Below, piece after piece: positions 31,245 to 41,615 of a stretch of 64,000 nt of DNA. Within the stretch, counting starts at the first letter, position 1, and every line of letters starts with the position of its first letter. Below the pieces are notes generated by a model, which was not told where the DNA came from, made no database searches, and saw only the letters and a list, made by a program, of their open reading frames with translations. The DNA comes from an uncultured delta proteobacterium (lineage in GTDB: Bacteria; Desulfobacterota; Desulfobacteria; Desulfobacterales; UBA5852), in assembly GCA_963850465.1 (NCBI GenBank), contig CAWKLN010000004.1:39735-103734 (forward strand), written 5' to 3'. The translations under genes were made by a program, and so were the position numbers.

Positions 31245-33647
31245 ATGGAGAATGGCATGACACTGCTCCGGGGCCTGCTTGTTTTTGTCCTGATGGCGCT
31301 GGTTGTGAATGGATGCGCCAGTTTCAACAGTTACCGGGATGAGGGCACCATTGCGATGGCCGGATTGCAACAACCGGTCAAGATTGTTCGTGACGAGAAG
31401 GGCATGCCTTACCTCTACGCCGATGATTTGTCGGATGCATTTCAGGCCATGGGGTTTGTCACCGCGCAGGACCGCCTGTTTCAGATGGAACTGACCCGAA
31501 TGGTGGCCGCCGGACGCATATCCGAACTGGTCGGGGAAAAAGCGCTGCCGCTGGACCGGCGTATGCGCACCATCGGCATCTACCGTCTTGCCGATCGACA
31601 TGCCCGCCTGATGCATGCGGATGCCACCGTACTTCTGAGGAAATATATTGATGGTGTGAATGCCTTTGTCGAGGGGCATCCGGAGGATCATCATCTGGAA
31701 TTCAAACTGTCCGGGATCGAACCGACGCCCTGGACGCTGACCGATGTCTTGTCCATCATGTACTACATGAGCTGGAGCACGTCGGCCAATGTCAAAACCG
31801 AAATCATTACCCAGATGCTGATCGATCGGCTGGGGCCTGATAAAGCCGAAGCGTTGTTTCCCTTGAATGTCAATCCGGACGAAGACGCGGGACCACCGCC
31901 CGTAAAAACCCTTGCGGCAATCCGTCCGCCGGCAATCGGCCTCCGGGAGGATGGGGATCTGCTGGGATTTCTGGATGACAACCCGTTGGGCGTCGGGAGT
32001 AACAACTGGGCGGTAAGCCCTGCCATGTCGCCGGGCGCTAAACCGATACTGGCCAACGATCCCCATCTGGACGCCCGAATCCTGCCCGGCCCCTGGTATC
32101 CCTGCGGCTTGATGACGCCTGAGCTCAGAATCGTGGGGGTGCATATCCCGGGGTTGCCGGCCATGCCCATTTTCCGCAACGATGCGGTGGCCGTGGGTAT
32201 CACCAATGCCTATGCGGATGTCCAGGATCTCTATGTCGAGACCCTCGATCCCGCCGATGCCGGCCGGTACCTGGAGGGGAACGATGCGATCCCTTTCGAG
32301 GTGATCGAAGAAACCCTGCGCTATAAAGACGATGCCGCCCCGGAGGGTTTCAGCGAAGAAAAACTGGAGATTCGACTCACGAAACGGGGGCCGGTCGTTT
32401 CGGATGTTTTCTCCCAGCTGGAAACGGACCGGGTATTATCCCTGCGTTGGGCCTCGGCGGAATCCATGGCGGCGACCAGTGAATTTACCCGCACCATGCA
32501 GGCCAAGTCGGCGGCGGCCTTCCGGGAGGCCCTGCGCCAGTGGACAACCATCCAGCTCAACTTTGTCTTCGCCGACCGCCAGGGAAACATCGGCTGGCAC
32601 GTGTCGGGGATGCTGCCGAATCGTATCGGGGGGGGCGGTACCGTTCCCTATGTGGTCCGGGACAGCCGGGACAACTGGTCCGGCTGGATCCCTTTCGAGG
32701 ACATGCCCCAGGCCAGCAACCCTGAAAAAGGGTGGGTCGGCACCTGCAACCACAAAACCGTGGGCGCGGACTATCCTTACTACTACTCTTCCTATTTTGC
32801 CTCTTCCTATCGCTATCGGCGGCTTAAAGCGTTGCTGACCGACCGGTCGGAAATCACCGTTGAGGACCACTGGCAATTCCAGCGCGACACCCGCAATGTC
32901 ATGGCGGAAGCACTGGTGCCGATCATGGCGCCGGTCCTGGCGGCGCATGACGACACCCGCGCGATGGGGGCCGTTCTGTCCGAATGGAACCTGCAGGATG
33001 ATGCGAATCTGGTGGCGCCGACCATTTTCCATGCGGTCTATGGCCGCTGGGCGGTCGAGGTATTTCAAGACGAGCTGGGTGAAACGCTGACCGCCAGCAT
33101 GCTGAGCACCTGGTACTTCTGGCAGGAACGGTTTCAGCGCATGGTGGAACAAGGCCAATCGCCCTGGTTTGACGATATCGGCACCACCGATTCGCGGGAA
33201 ACCATGCAGGACATGCTCTACCGGGCCGCACGGGAGGTCCACGGCGAGTTGGCCTCCCGGTTTGGCGGGGACATGCGCCAATGGCAATGGGGCAAGGCGC
33301 ACACCATTGAATTCGTCAGCCCGATCCGTCGCAACGGGTTCGGCAAAGGGCTTCTGGGCGGTGGCAAGCATGCGCTTGCCGGATCCGGCGAAACACTTCT
33401 GCGCGGGCAGTATGATTTTAAGCAGCCCTTCGACATTTCTTTTTCTTCCGCCTTGCGCATGGTGGCCGATCTGAACGATCCGGACAAAGTGCTGGCGGTC
33501 CTTCCCGGCGGTGTCAGTGGACGGGTGTTTCACCCCCATGCCAAGGATCAGATCGACGCATTTATCAGCGGTGAGAAACAATACTGGTGGTTCAGTGAAG
33601 AAGAAATCAAGGCCCATACGCAATCCGAACTTATTCTGCACCCCTGA
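31245..33647 (+). CDS. Penicillin/AHL acylase family (S45 Ntn hydrolase) lipoprotein
   Basis: The lipobox is VVNGC. The autoprocessing site is ...GVGSNNWAVSPAMSPGAKPILANDPHL, and the length is 800 aa. Confidence 0.85.
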   Translation: MENGMTLLRGLLVFVLMALVVNGCASFNSYRDEGTIAMAGLQQPVKIVRDEKGMPYLYADDLSDAFQAMGFVTAQDRLFQMELTRMVAAGRISELVGEKALPLDRRMRTIGIYRLADRHARLMHADATVLLRKYIDGVNAFVEGHPEDHHLEFKLSGIEPTPWTLTDVLSIMYYMSWSTSANVKTEIITQMLIDRLGPDKAEALFPLNVNPDEDAGPPPVKTLAAIRPPAIGLREDGDLLGFLDDNPLGVGSNNWAVSPAMSPGAKPILANDPHLDARILPGPWYPCGLMTPELRIVGVHIPGLPAMPIFRNDAVAVGITNAYADVQDLYVETLDPADAGRYLEGNDAIPFEVIEETLRYKDDAAPEGFSEEKLEIRLTKRGPVVSDVFSQLETDRVLSLRWASAESMAATSEFTRTMQAKSAAAFREALRQWTTIQLNFVFADRQGNIGWHVSGMLPNRIGGGGTVPYVVRDSRDNWSGWIPFEDMPQASNPEKGWVGTCNHKTVGADYPYYYSSYFASSYRYRRLKALLTDRSEITVEDHWQFQRDTRNVMAEALVPIMAPVLAAHDDTRAMGAVLSEWNLQDDANLVAPTIFHAVYGRWAVEVFQDELGETLTASMLSTWYFWQERFQRMVEQGQSPWFDDIGTTDSRETMQDMLYRAAREVHGELASRFGGDMRQWQWGKAHTIEFVSPIRRNGFGKGLLGGGKHALAGSGETLLRGQYDFKQPFDISFSSALRMVADLNDPDKVLAVLPGGVSGRVFHPHAKDQIDAFISGEKQYWWFSEEEIKAHTQSELILHP

Positions 33648-33793
33648 GGGCCGGCCGGCAAACCGGGGCGCTCATCGGGGTAGAGGTCAAGCAAGCGCTT
33701 CGTATGGATTGCCGGTCTTTTTTTCTGCATGACCCCTATTTACACACGGTTGACCAGACCACGAAACACGATCATCAAAGGAGACCCATCATT

Positions 33794-34141
33794 ATGGCGG
33801 TTATCACGCGGTATGTTGTGGTGCGTAACGGTGTTGAACTCGATCAGGTATTCTCAGTCAAGAAAGAGGCGGAAGCCTATGATAAAATGCTGGATGCCGC
33901 GGAGAATCTGGCCGCTTTCATCAAATCCAGCGAACTTGACGCGCCGATCGAGGAAGCCACTATCGATGCCATCGCGGTTCTGCTGGCCAAAAACGGCCCG
34001 GAAGTCGTGAAAATCCTCAAGGGAATCAAGCCTGTTATGCCGCCATCGGAATCCGATGCGGAAACCGTCCCTGCCAAGCCGTCGCAGGACAAGACCAAAA
34101 AGGCGGCTAAGGACGGTTCGGCCAAGCGGCGCACAAAATAA
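33794..34141 (+). CDS. yebG: YebG family (DNA damage-inducible-like) protein
   Basis: MAVITRYVVVRNGVELDQVFSVKKEAEAYDKMLDAAENLA resembles E. coli YebG (MAVEVKYVVIREGEEKMSFTSKKEADAYDKMLD). Confidence 0.65.
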   Translation: MAVITRYVVVRNGVELDQVFSVKKEAEAYDKMLDAAENLAAFIKSSELDAPIEEATIDAIAVLLAKNGPEVVKILKGIKPVMPPSESDAETVPAKPSQDKTKKAAKDGSAKRRTK

Positions 34142-34301
34142 AGCCTGTTGCGCCCCTTCGCATTTTTATAGTGACACGTATTCCGGGCCGTCCGGTATTT
34201 ACACCGACAGGTCCCCCGGTCGATCCTGACTGCGGGACGGATCGTCGGACCGGACCGGAAGCGGTTGCTTTTAGCTCGTTTTGGGATTCGATCGACTGAC
34301 C

Positions 34302-34496
34302 ATGACCACCATGCTTAAAAAAGATGCCGATGCCTACGATCGCCTGCTGGATGCCGCCGCGCATCTTGCAGCGCTGATCGAGTCGGGAGGCATTGACATC
34401 GACGAAGACGCGCTGGAGGAATTGACCATTTTCCTGGCGGAACACGGCATGCTGGTCGGTCGCATCCTGCGGGGTTTGAAATATCGTTGGGCGTGA
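34302..34496 (+). CDS. Truncated YebG-like paralog
   Basis: MLKKDADAYDRLLDAAAHLAALIESGGIDIDEDALEELTIFLAEHG aligns with residues 22-90 of the upstream YebG and lacks the N-terminal strand. Confidence 0.45.
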   Translation: MTTMLKKDADAYDRLLDAAAHLAALIESGGIDIDEDALEELTIFLAEHGMLVGRILRGLKYRWA

Positions 34497-34575
34497 TGAT
34501 CTCGCTCACCTTCCGTCGGGGGTAACGCCCGATATATAAGTTGACATAGGCGTATAAGTACTATACACTTGTGCC

Positions 34576-35034
34576 ATGAATGATGCCAATATTCATACGA
34601 TTCACGAACGGTTCAAAACCGTGGTGGAACTGGCCGTACGGCTGGAGCAGGCCCCACGTCATTTTGGTACAGACGAACATCTAACCAGCACGGAGATCCA
34701 CTTGATCGAAATCATCGGTGACAACGATGAGACCGATAGTGTGACCGATCTGTCAAAAACCCTGGGCGTTACCAAAGGCGCTGTTTCGCAGAACCTGAAA
34801 AAGACAGAAAAAAAGGGGCTTACCCTAAAAATAGCCGACCCCGAAAACAATTCGCGGTCCATCGTAAAACTGACCTCCAAAGGTAAAACCGCCTATTATG
34901 CCCACAAACATTGGCACGAGACCATGGATGGTGGCTTCCGCGACTATTTTATGAACTTGAAACCGGAGAGAATCGAATTTCTGAATGAGTTTCTGGGGAA
35001 ATTAGAAACATTTATCAAGCGCGCTATGGCTTAA
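34576..35034 (+). CDS. MarR family transcriptional regulator
   Basis: The winged-HTH pattern LTSTEIHLIEIIGDNDETDSVTDLSKTLGVTKGAVSQNLKKTEKKGL is present. Confidence 0.75.
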   Translation: MNDANIHTIHERFKTVVELAVRLEQAPRHFGTDEHLTSTEIHLIEIIGDNDETDSVTDLSKTLGVTKGAVSQNLKKTEKKGLTLKIADPENNSRSIVKLTSKGKTAYYAHKHWHETMDGGFRDYFMNLKPERIEFLNEFLGKLETFIKRAMA

Positions 35035-35085
35035 AAAATTTTACACTTAGCGTATAGCAGCTAAACATTAATAGGGGAGATCACA

Positions 35086-35661
35086 ATGCCGGCAATGCCA
35101 GACAAATGTGAAGGGGGAGGGCGGGTATGCCCACACCAAATGGCATTCATGCTCGACAATTGGTTTCGGCGGTTCTTCCAGAACCCTGCCAAACTGCTGG
35201 GGGAATACATCCGAGCCGGGGACACGGTGGTCGACGTGGGGTGCGGACCGGGTTTTTTTTCGATCGATATGGCCAGGATGGTGGGGGAGGGCGGCCGTGT
35301 CATCGCGGTTGACCTGCAGGCCGGCATGCTCGAACGTGTGAAGAAAAAAGCCGCCCGGCATGGTGTAGCGGATCGAATGACGTATCACCAGTGCCGGACG
35401 GATAGCATCGGCCTGTCCTGTGAGGCCGACTTCATTCTGGCTTTTTACATGGTCCACGAGACACCGGACCCCGGATGCTTTTTCAAGGAAACCAAATCCA
35501 TGCTGAAGGCGGGCGGGAAACTGCTGGTGGTCGAACCCAAGATGCATGTCAGGCAGGCATCATTTGAAAAAATGGTGGAAGATGCCGCGCGTGCCGGATT
35601 GCGGGCCGTGGATTTTCCCGCGGGCAAGGGGGGGCGAGCGGTACTCCTGGTGGCAGGATAA
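35086..35661 (+). CDS. Class I SAM-dependent methyltransferase
   Basis: Motif I is VVDVGCGPGFFSIDMA, followed by post-I and motif II spacing. Confidence 0.8.
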   Translation: MPAMPDKCEGGGRVCPHQMAFMLDNWFRRFFQNPAKLLGEYIRAGDTVVDVGCGPGFFSIDMARMVGEGGRVIAVDLQAGMLERVKKKAARHGVADRMTYHQCRTDSIGLSCEADFILAFYMVHETPDPGCFFKETKSMLKAGGKLLVVEPKMHVRQASFEKMVEDAARAGLRAVDFPAGKGGRAVLLVAG

Positions 35662-35733
35662 CTTTGATTGGTTTTATCCTAAACCCGCCACCTCTGGTGG
35701 AGGACCCGGTTTCTATTACTTTAAACATAAACG

Positions 35734-36663
35734 TCACGAATGAGGCGCATCGGAAGCCGCCCCGCGCGGCTCCCGCTGTGGTTTTCCATTCGGTTTTTTG
35801 CCGGTTTCATCCAGGAGGTCGAACTCTTCGAACAGAATATTGTTCTTGCCACCCTTCTTTACGCGGTACATCAGTGCATCGGCAAGTTTGACAGCCTCTT
35901 CGACACTGGACGGTGCTGTTTGGAAAACAGCGACGCCAATGCTGAATCCAATGGGCCAGACGCGTTCTTTCGCTTCTTTCAAGAGTCTTTCGCGGAGGTT
36001 TTCAAACATTGTGACTGCCCCAGAAGATGTGGTTTCAGGTAGGAAAATAGCAAATTCATCCCCACCCATGCGGCCGATAAGGTCTGTCTTGCGAACGGAC
36101 TGCGACAATATTGAAGCGAAGGTTCTGATCACATGATCTCCTTCGGCATGCCCGAGGGTGTCATTTACGCTTTTGAAATTGTCTAAATCGATATACCCCA
36201 TAGCGGTCGGCCGTCCGTAGCGGGCTGCTATACTCAGAATTGTCTGAGTTTCTTCCTTGAACGCGCGTCCGTTCATGGCTCCTGTAAGGCTGTCAAGTCT
36301 GGCCATGCGTTGTTCATTTTCTAGTTGGGATTTCACCTTTATAAACAAGATCGCAGTAACGATAAAAAATCCAAAACGGACAATTGCGTTCCAGTATTGG
36401 ATAATGGCTTGGCTGTAATTGTGCCCAGCTGTCTTGTCCATGATGAGCCACGCCATTGCCCCGACAGTGCTGAAGAAAATGCCCAGATGCAGACCTCCAT
36501 ACCATGTGGCGAGGGCAATCGGCACAAGGTAAAAAATTGAAAAAGACATTTCATATCCAGTGGCATGATCAAGCGCAGCTATCGCGGCAACAAAAATCAA
36601 AGAAACTGCGGCAACTTGGAATGGTGATCTCTTTTTCAGAAATGCATCGAGCCGGGTTAGCAT
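35734..36663 (-). CDS. Membrane-bound diguanylate cyclase (GGDEF)
   Basis: A 4-TM N-terminal module is followed by ...GYIDLDNFKSVNDTLGHAEGD...GRMGGDEFAIFL. Confidence 0.85.
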   Translation of the reverse strand: MLTRLDAFLKKRSPFQVAAVSLIFVAAIAALDHATGYEMSFSIFYLVPIALATWYGGLHLGIFFSTVGAMAWLIMDKTAGHNYSQAIIQYWNAIVRFGFFIVTAILFIKVKSQLENEQRMARLDSLTGAMNGRAFKEETQTILSIAARYGRPTAMGYIDLDNFKSVNDTLGHAEGDHVIRTFASILSQSVRKTDLIGRMGGDEFAIFLPETTSSGAVTMFENLRERLLKEAKERVWPIGFSIGVAVFQTAPSSVEEAVKLADALMYRVKKGGKNNILFEEFDLLDETGKKPNGKPQREPRGAASDAPHS

Positions 36664-36756
36664 GATAAGTCACTCTCTTACTCGAACGTATTCGTCAGTG
36701 GCGAGCTATGCGAGTCTATTGGACGAAATGGTTGGGCCCCCCCTGAATTCTCCTGC

Positions 36757-37830
36757 CTATTGAGGAAATTCCGCCGCAGGGAGCGCAACAAGGACACGGG
36801 CACCCTTGGTTGGCACGTTCTCGATCCAGATCCGCCCTCTCTGTGCACAGACCGCCAAGTTACAGAAGGCTAATCCGAGGCCGCTCCCAGTTGATTTTCC
36901 GGTTTTACTGAGCTGAACTTGAACAAACTTGTCAAACACTCGCGTGATGTACTCCTTGGGGACTCCAGGGCCTTGGTCTGTAACGGCAAACACGATCTCA
37001 CGCGTACCAACTTTTTCCACGTTAAATATGATGCTCGCATTTTTGGGACTTACATTGATCGCATTTGTAAGCAAATTGACAAGAACGCGGTGCATAATCG
37101 TCGAGTCGGCCTGTACAAGATCGGAGGGCGCCACGACTGTGGGCAGCACTTGGATGTTTTTGCTGTCTGCATACACAGAAGTCTCGAGGGTCGCCTGGTC
37201 AACCATATCTCCGACGCAGAGATTGGCAATGTCGAGGGGCATTTTGCCATCTTCCATGCGCGCCAAGTCGAGGATGGAATTGATCATCGTCTTCATACGC
37301 TTGGAAGCAATGAGGCAATGCTCAACAACCTCCCACACAATCGGCGATATATCTTTGCTTATATCTTCTTTAATCAATTCCAGATTGGTTGTGACTGCCA
37401 TTAGCGGGTTTCGCAGGTCGTGAACGATGTAATTGAGCAAGTCCTTTTGGCGCAATTGTAGATGTCGGACTCGGTAGAGTGCGAACCCCATACCCCCGAA
37501 AATCAACAGCCGTGTAAGGCCGTTCCAGTAAGGTGACATTGGCTGTTCATAATGCCAGATGCTTGCAAGATCGACATAAAGCCAGATGGCGGCGCAGAAC
37601 AGCGCGATTATTGAAACTGAGCGCGAACTGTGCCACCATGCCATGAGAGCGATCGGAATCAGGTAGAAGACTCCAAATGATAAATCCGGTCCGGTGAGAT
37701 AATCGGCAACTCCGATCAGTGGGGCAACGAGAAAGCAGACCCACTGTTTTTTGGCCAGAGATGAGAGTGCTTTCGCTGTCATTGCCCGCGTTTTCTTCAA
37801 ACGATCAGCAGACTTCATTATTCTCGTCAC
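36757..37830 (-). CDS. Membrane sensor histidine kinase
   Basis: The N-terminal TM module is paralogous to that of the adjacent DGC. The H-box is IVHDLRNPL, the N box is NLLTNAINV, and G1/G2 are DQGPGV and GSGLGLAF. Confidence 0.85.
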   Translation of the reverse strand: MTRIMKSADRLKKTRAMTAKALSSLAKKQWVCFLVAPLIGVADYLTGPDLSFGVFYLIPIALMAWWHSSRSVSIIALFCAAIWLYVDLASIWHYEQPMSPYWNGLTRLLIFGGMGFALYRVRHLQLRQKDLLNYIVHDLRNPLMAVTTNLELIKEDISKDISPIVWEVVEHCLIASKRMKTMINSILDLARMEDGKMPLDIANLCVGDMVDQATLETSVYADSKNIQVLPTVVAPSDLVQADSTIMHRVLVNLLTNAINVSPKNASIIFNVEKVGTREIVFAVTDQGPGVPKEYITRVFDKFVQVQLSKTGKSTGSGLGLAFCNLAVCAQRGRIWIENVPTKGARVLVALPAAEFPQ

Positions 37831-38319
37831 CTTCGTTTGAATGGTTCCATTTTTTATGCATATCGCCCATAGATTAGGTGTCTCAAATTTTTCGGAAATG
37901 CGTCAGTTCTCGACGCCTAACCGCTCCGGGCCAAACAAATTAAAAGCAGTAAAATCCATGCTGGAAACAGACGCTTGCATGCTGCAATTGTTTCTCTGGA
38001 ATAGTTGATTAGGCGGCATCAAATGACACCTGACCGGAGTTTTCAATTTCTATAAAAATACTGAAGTCCGAAAACACTTTCCCGTATTTCAACCAATGGT
38101 GCGGTACTGCGCGGCATGCCGGCTGGAGAGGATTGATATCTAAATAAATTATCAGGAAAACATCATGACATACAAGGGTATGCGAACGGATCTCAGACCC
38201 TGGCAAGGTCGCCGCGGGTCAAGGCTGTCGGTCGGACGTAAAGGACCTTGTCCGCCCCGCCTGCGCCGCAGCCCTATTTTTCTCAGCGGAGGTGCGCCTC
38301 TTTGCGGAAAAAACATCGA

Positions 38320-39174
38320 TCAGGGCGAATCGGCTGAACGGTCCTTTGTTTTCAGGCGGATGCCTTGGTCGCTGATCTCGATCAGCCTTTTTTTGTACAA
38401 ACCGCCGATAGCCTTCTTGAACTCTTTTTTGCTCATTGAAAATAAATTCGTGATTTTTTCAGGACTGCTTTTGTCATGGCAGGGGATAAAGCCATCGGCC
38501 TTCTGTAGGGCGTTCATGATCAGTCGGCCCGACCCGACGAGGGAGACCGGGCCTGGTTTTTTAAGGGTAAGGTCGATTTTACCGTCTTTGCGGATATTCC
38601 GGATATACCCCGGCCTCCGGTTACCGATTTTGAGCGTCTCGAAGGTTTCGCTGTGATAGATCATGCCCAGAAATTGATCGTCGACCACGGCCAGCGTGCC
38701 GAGTTTGGAGAACTGATAGACCATCAGGCGGACCTGTTGGCCCACGCTGAGATCTTCGGTGGCTTTCTGGCAATGGCGGGTGATTCGGGTGGAGCCATAG
38801 ACCCGGTTCGTTTTTTGATCCAGCAGGACTTTGACGACGTAGCTTTTCCCGACCTGCATCCGGGTTTGCTGCTCGTTTTTGGGCACCAGGAGATCCTTTT
38901 CCAGCCCCCAGTCCAGGAAACATCCGATCGGGGCCGTGTCGTTCACCCTGAGGTAGGCCACTTCACCGACCACGGCCATTGGTTTAAGGGTGGTCGCCAC
39001 GGGCCGGTCTTCGGAATCGGTATACACGAAAACACGCAGAGAATCGCCGGGACGTGTGTTTTTCGGGACGTATTTGGATGGCAGTAAAACTTCTTCTTCC
39101 TTGGGGTTCAGATAAAGACCGAAATCCACTTCTCTTTGAACCACGAGGGTGTTGTAGCAGCCGATATGCAGCAT
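38320..39174 (-). CDS. cvfB: CvfB/YitL family S1-like RNA-binding protein
   Basis: MLHIGCYNTLVVQREVDFGLYLNP...LLPSKYVP...GDSLRVFVYTDSEDRPVAT shows the repeated S1-like modules typical of the CvfB family. Confidence 0.7.
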   Translation of the reverse strand: MLHIGCYNTLVVQREVDFGLYLNPKEEEVLLPSKYVPKNTRPGDSLRVFVYTDSEDRPVATTLKPMAVVGEVAYLRVNDTAPIGCFLDWGLEKDLLVPKNEQQTRMQVGKSYVVKVLLDQKTNRVYGSTRITRHCQKATEDLSVGQQVRLMVYQFSKLGTLAVVDDQFLGMIYHSETFETLKIGNRRPGYIRNIRKDGKIDLTLKKPGPVSLVGSGRLIMNALQKADGFIPCHDKSSPEKITNLFSMSKKEFKKAIGGLYKKRLIEISDQGIRLKTKDRSADSP

Positions 39175-39397
39175 GAACCATTCTCCTTCATCGCAGACGG
39201 GCAACCCGTCGATGGGTCGATAATTGCGGAAGGTGCGATCGGGACCGCGCAAACTGTTCGCCCGAAAGGTATATCCTGTGCTATAGGCAAGTCAAAGTAA
39301 TCTTTGGACGGCCATCCCGCTCGACGCCGATTTCCCATTGTTTCTAAAGGGTTGTGAGAAGGAGGGCCTTTTTTTAGCGTGATGCCAGCTGATTGCC

Positions 39398-40075
39398 ATG
39401 ACCGTTGTTATCATCATTGCGATACTTGTCGTTCTTTACGGACCCTTCGGGTGGGCCAAGAGCGTATTAAACCGCTATAACCGGGACGAATATTTTTCCG
39501 GCAATGGCTTCGATCTGGCCCGTTTGATTCTTGAGCGTCTCGAACTGAACGATGTAAGCGTCGTGGAAACGCCCGCGGGGGATCATTACGACCCGGAAAA
39601 GAAAGTGGTCGGGCTCTCCCGGGCGCGATGCGGGCGGAAGACCCTGACCGCCGTGGTGGTGGCGGCGCACGAAGTCGGTCATGCCGTCCAGGACCATCAG
39701 GGTTACAAACCCTTCCGGACCCGCACACGGTTGGTGCGGGTGGCCGCCCGCATGGAAAGGATCGGGGCCGGCATCATGATGGCGGTACCGGTCATTGCCC
39801 TGATCACGCGGGTTCCGGCAACGGGGTTCTTGTTCTTCCTGGGCGGTCTGGGAACCCTGTGCATCCCCTTGGGGGTTCACCTGCTGACACTGCCGTCCGA
39901 GTTCGATGCCAGCTTCGGACGGGCGCTGCCAATGCTGGTGGACGGCCACTACATCCCGCCCGAGGATGTCCCGGCGGCCCGGAAGATCCTGCGGGCCTGC
40001 GCCCTGACCTATGTCGCCAGCGCATTGGTGGGGCTGCTGAACGTGTGGCGCTGGATTCGCGTGTTGCGACGCTGA
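39398..40075 (+). CDS. YugP-like membrane zinc metallopeptidase
   Basis: It has an N-terminal TM helix, ...DHYDPEKKVVGLS..., the HExxH motif AAHEVGHAVQ, and C-terminal TM helices. Confidence 0.75.
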   Translation: MTVVIIIAILVVLYGPFGWAKSVLNRYNRDEYFSGNGFDLARLILERLELNDVSVVETPAGDHYDPEKKVVGLSRARCGRKTLTAVVVAAHEVGHAVQDHQGYKPFRTRTRLVRVAARMERIGAGIMMAVPVIALITRVPATGFLFFLGGLGTLCIPLGVHLLTLPSEFDASFGRALPMLVDGHYIPPEDVPAARKILRACALTYVASALVGLLNVWRWIRVLRR

Positions 40076-40130
40076 CACAGCGGCCGACCTGTCGATTTGA
40101 ATCGAGGTTACCCGGGAAAGGAGACAGCAG

Positions 40131-41561
40131 GTGTCCAACAATTATCAGGTGGTGGTGGCCGGTGCCGGACCGGGTGGCGCACTTCTGGCGCGTGACCTGG
40201 CCCGGGCGGGTATCAAGGTCGCCGTGTATGAAGCCGGGGCCGAGACGGAGACGGGGCATAACTGGTCGGATGCCATTGAAAAAAGCGCGCTGGCGGCGGC
40301 GGGTTTCGCCATGCCGACTTTGGGCCCGAACGGTTACGAGGGGCCTCTGGTAAAAAAAGACGAAAACGATGCGAATCTTTTTGAACCGCATGCCATGCAG
40401 CGCCTGCAGATCTGGGCCCCGGACCTTTCCGGCAAGACCCGCACGGATGTCGATTTCCGGTATATCACCACCGATCGCATGGTCTTGAATCGCCTGCTGC
40501 GGCAACAGGCCGTCGACGCCGGTGCTTCCTTTTTTTACGGGCATCGTGCTGAAGGGCTCCTGGGAAAGATCGACGTGCCGCTGGAAGACATCCGCGTCGA
40601 GGGGATGCGGGTGACGGACCAGGGACAAAAACAGACGACTGAGGTTCGCGCGGATGTCACGGTCGATGCGACCGGCTACCGTTCGATGCTCAGGACCGGA
40701 TTGACACAGGCCGCATCCATCAATCGCCCCTATACCAAGGGTGATCTGGCCATGGTCTTTCGCACCGTTCGGCAATTGGATACCGACCGGGCCGCAAAGG
40801 ACAACCTGACGGATCACTACCGCTACGGTGCCTATCGGGGCTATTTCTGGACCCATAAACACCATCCGGACGTCATCGACGTGGGCGGCGGGGTCAAAGA
40901 AGCGCCGGACCGCGTCAATCCGCGCGATATTGTCGATGAAATGATCCGGGAACGGCCTTCCATCACCGCTGAAGAATTGCGTGGGGGCGGGGGCACGGTT
41001 CTGGTGGGACGCTCGCCTTACTCCCTGGCGGCTTCCGGTTTCCTGGTGGTCGGTGACGCCGCCGGACAGGTGATCCCCACCACCGGCTGCGGGGTGGGGG
41101 GCGCCATGGTGGGCGCCATGCTGGCGGCACAGACGATCAACAAGGCCCTGGCGCAGGGGCGCACCCGCATCGATGACCTCTGGGGCTACAATCGCATGTG
41201 GTTTGGCGGGCCGGGGAGGGGCAAGCATTTTGCGGCCCTGGCGGCCTTGAAGGAGATTCTCCAGGACCTCAGCCACGCTGAGCTGGCCTTCCTGATGCGC
41301 CAGGACATTCTCAGCGGCGAAATGCTGACGCCGTCCATCAATGGTATTTTTGAGGTGCCGGATATCAAAGCGACCCTCAATACATTGATTCGGGGCATTT
41401 CACGGCCGGGATTGCTCCTGCAGTTGAACCGGGCCACCGCCATGGGGAAAAAGATCTTTCGTCACTACAGTCATTATCCCACGGCCTGGGATGCGAAAAC
41501 CTTCTCCGCGTGGGTCCAAAAAGCCGACGAACTGTTCGGCAGGATCATTCCCGGGGGATGA
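40131..41561 (+). CDS. FAD-dependent oxidoreductase (geranylgeranyl-reductase-like)
   Basis: AAGGAG precedes GTG 40131. YQVVVAGAGPGGALLARDLARAGIKVAVYE is a GxGxxG Rossmann motif, and a later GD motif (VVGDAAGQV) is present. Confidence 0.75.
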   Translation: MSNNYQVVVAGAGPGGALLARDLARAGIKVAVYEAGAETETGHNWSDAIEKSALAAAGFAMPTLGPNGYEGPLVKKDENDANLFEPHAMQRLQIWAPDLSGKTRTDVDFRYITTDRMVLNRLLRQQAVDAGASFFYGHRAEGLLGKIDVPLEDIRVEGMRVTDQGQKQTTEVRADVTVDATGYRSMLRTGLTQAASINRPYTKGDLAMVFRTVRQLDTDRAAKDNLTDHYRYGAYRGYFWTHKHHPDVIDVGGGVKEAPDRVNPRDIVDEMIRERPSITAEELRGGGGTVLVGRSPYSLAASGFLVVGDAAGQVIPTTGCGVGGAMVGAMLAAQTINKALAQGRTRIDDLWGYNRMWFGGPGRGKHFAALAALKEILQDLSHAELAFLMRQDILSGEMLTPSINGIFEVPDIKATLNTLIRGISRPGLLLQLNRATAMGKKIFRHYSHYPTAWDAKTFSAWVQKADELFGRIIPGG

Positions 41562-41615
41562 CAGGCAGGTGTGTATCAGGCGGTGTTGTCGAGCGACGGC
41601 AATTCCCCAATGCCG

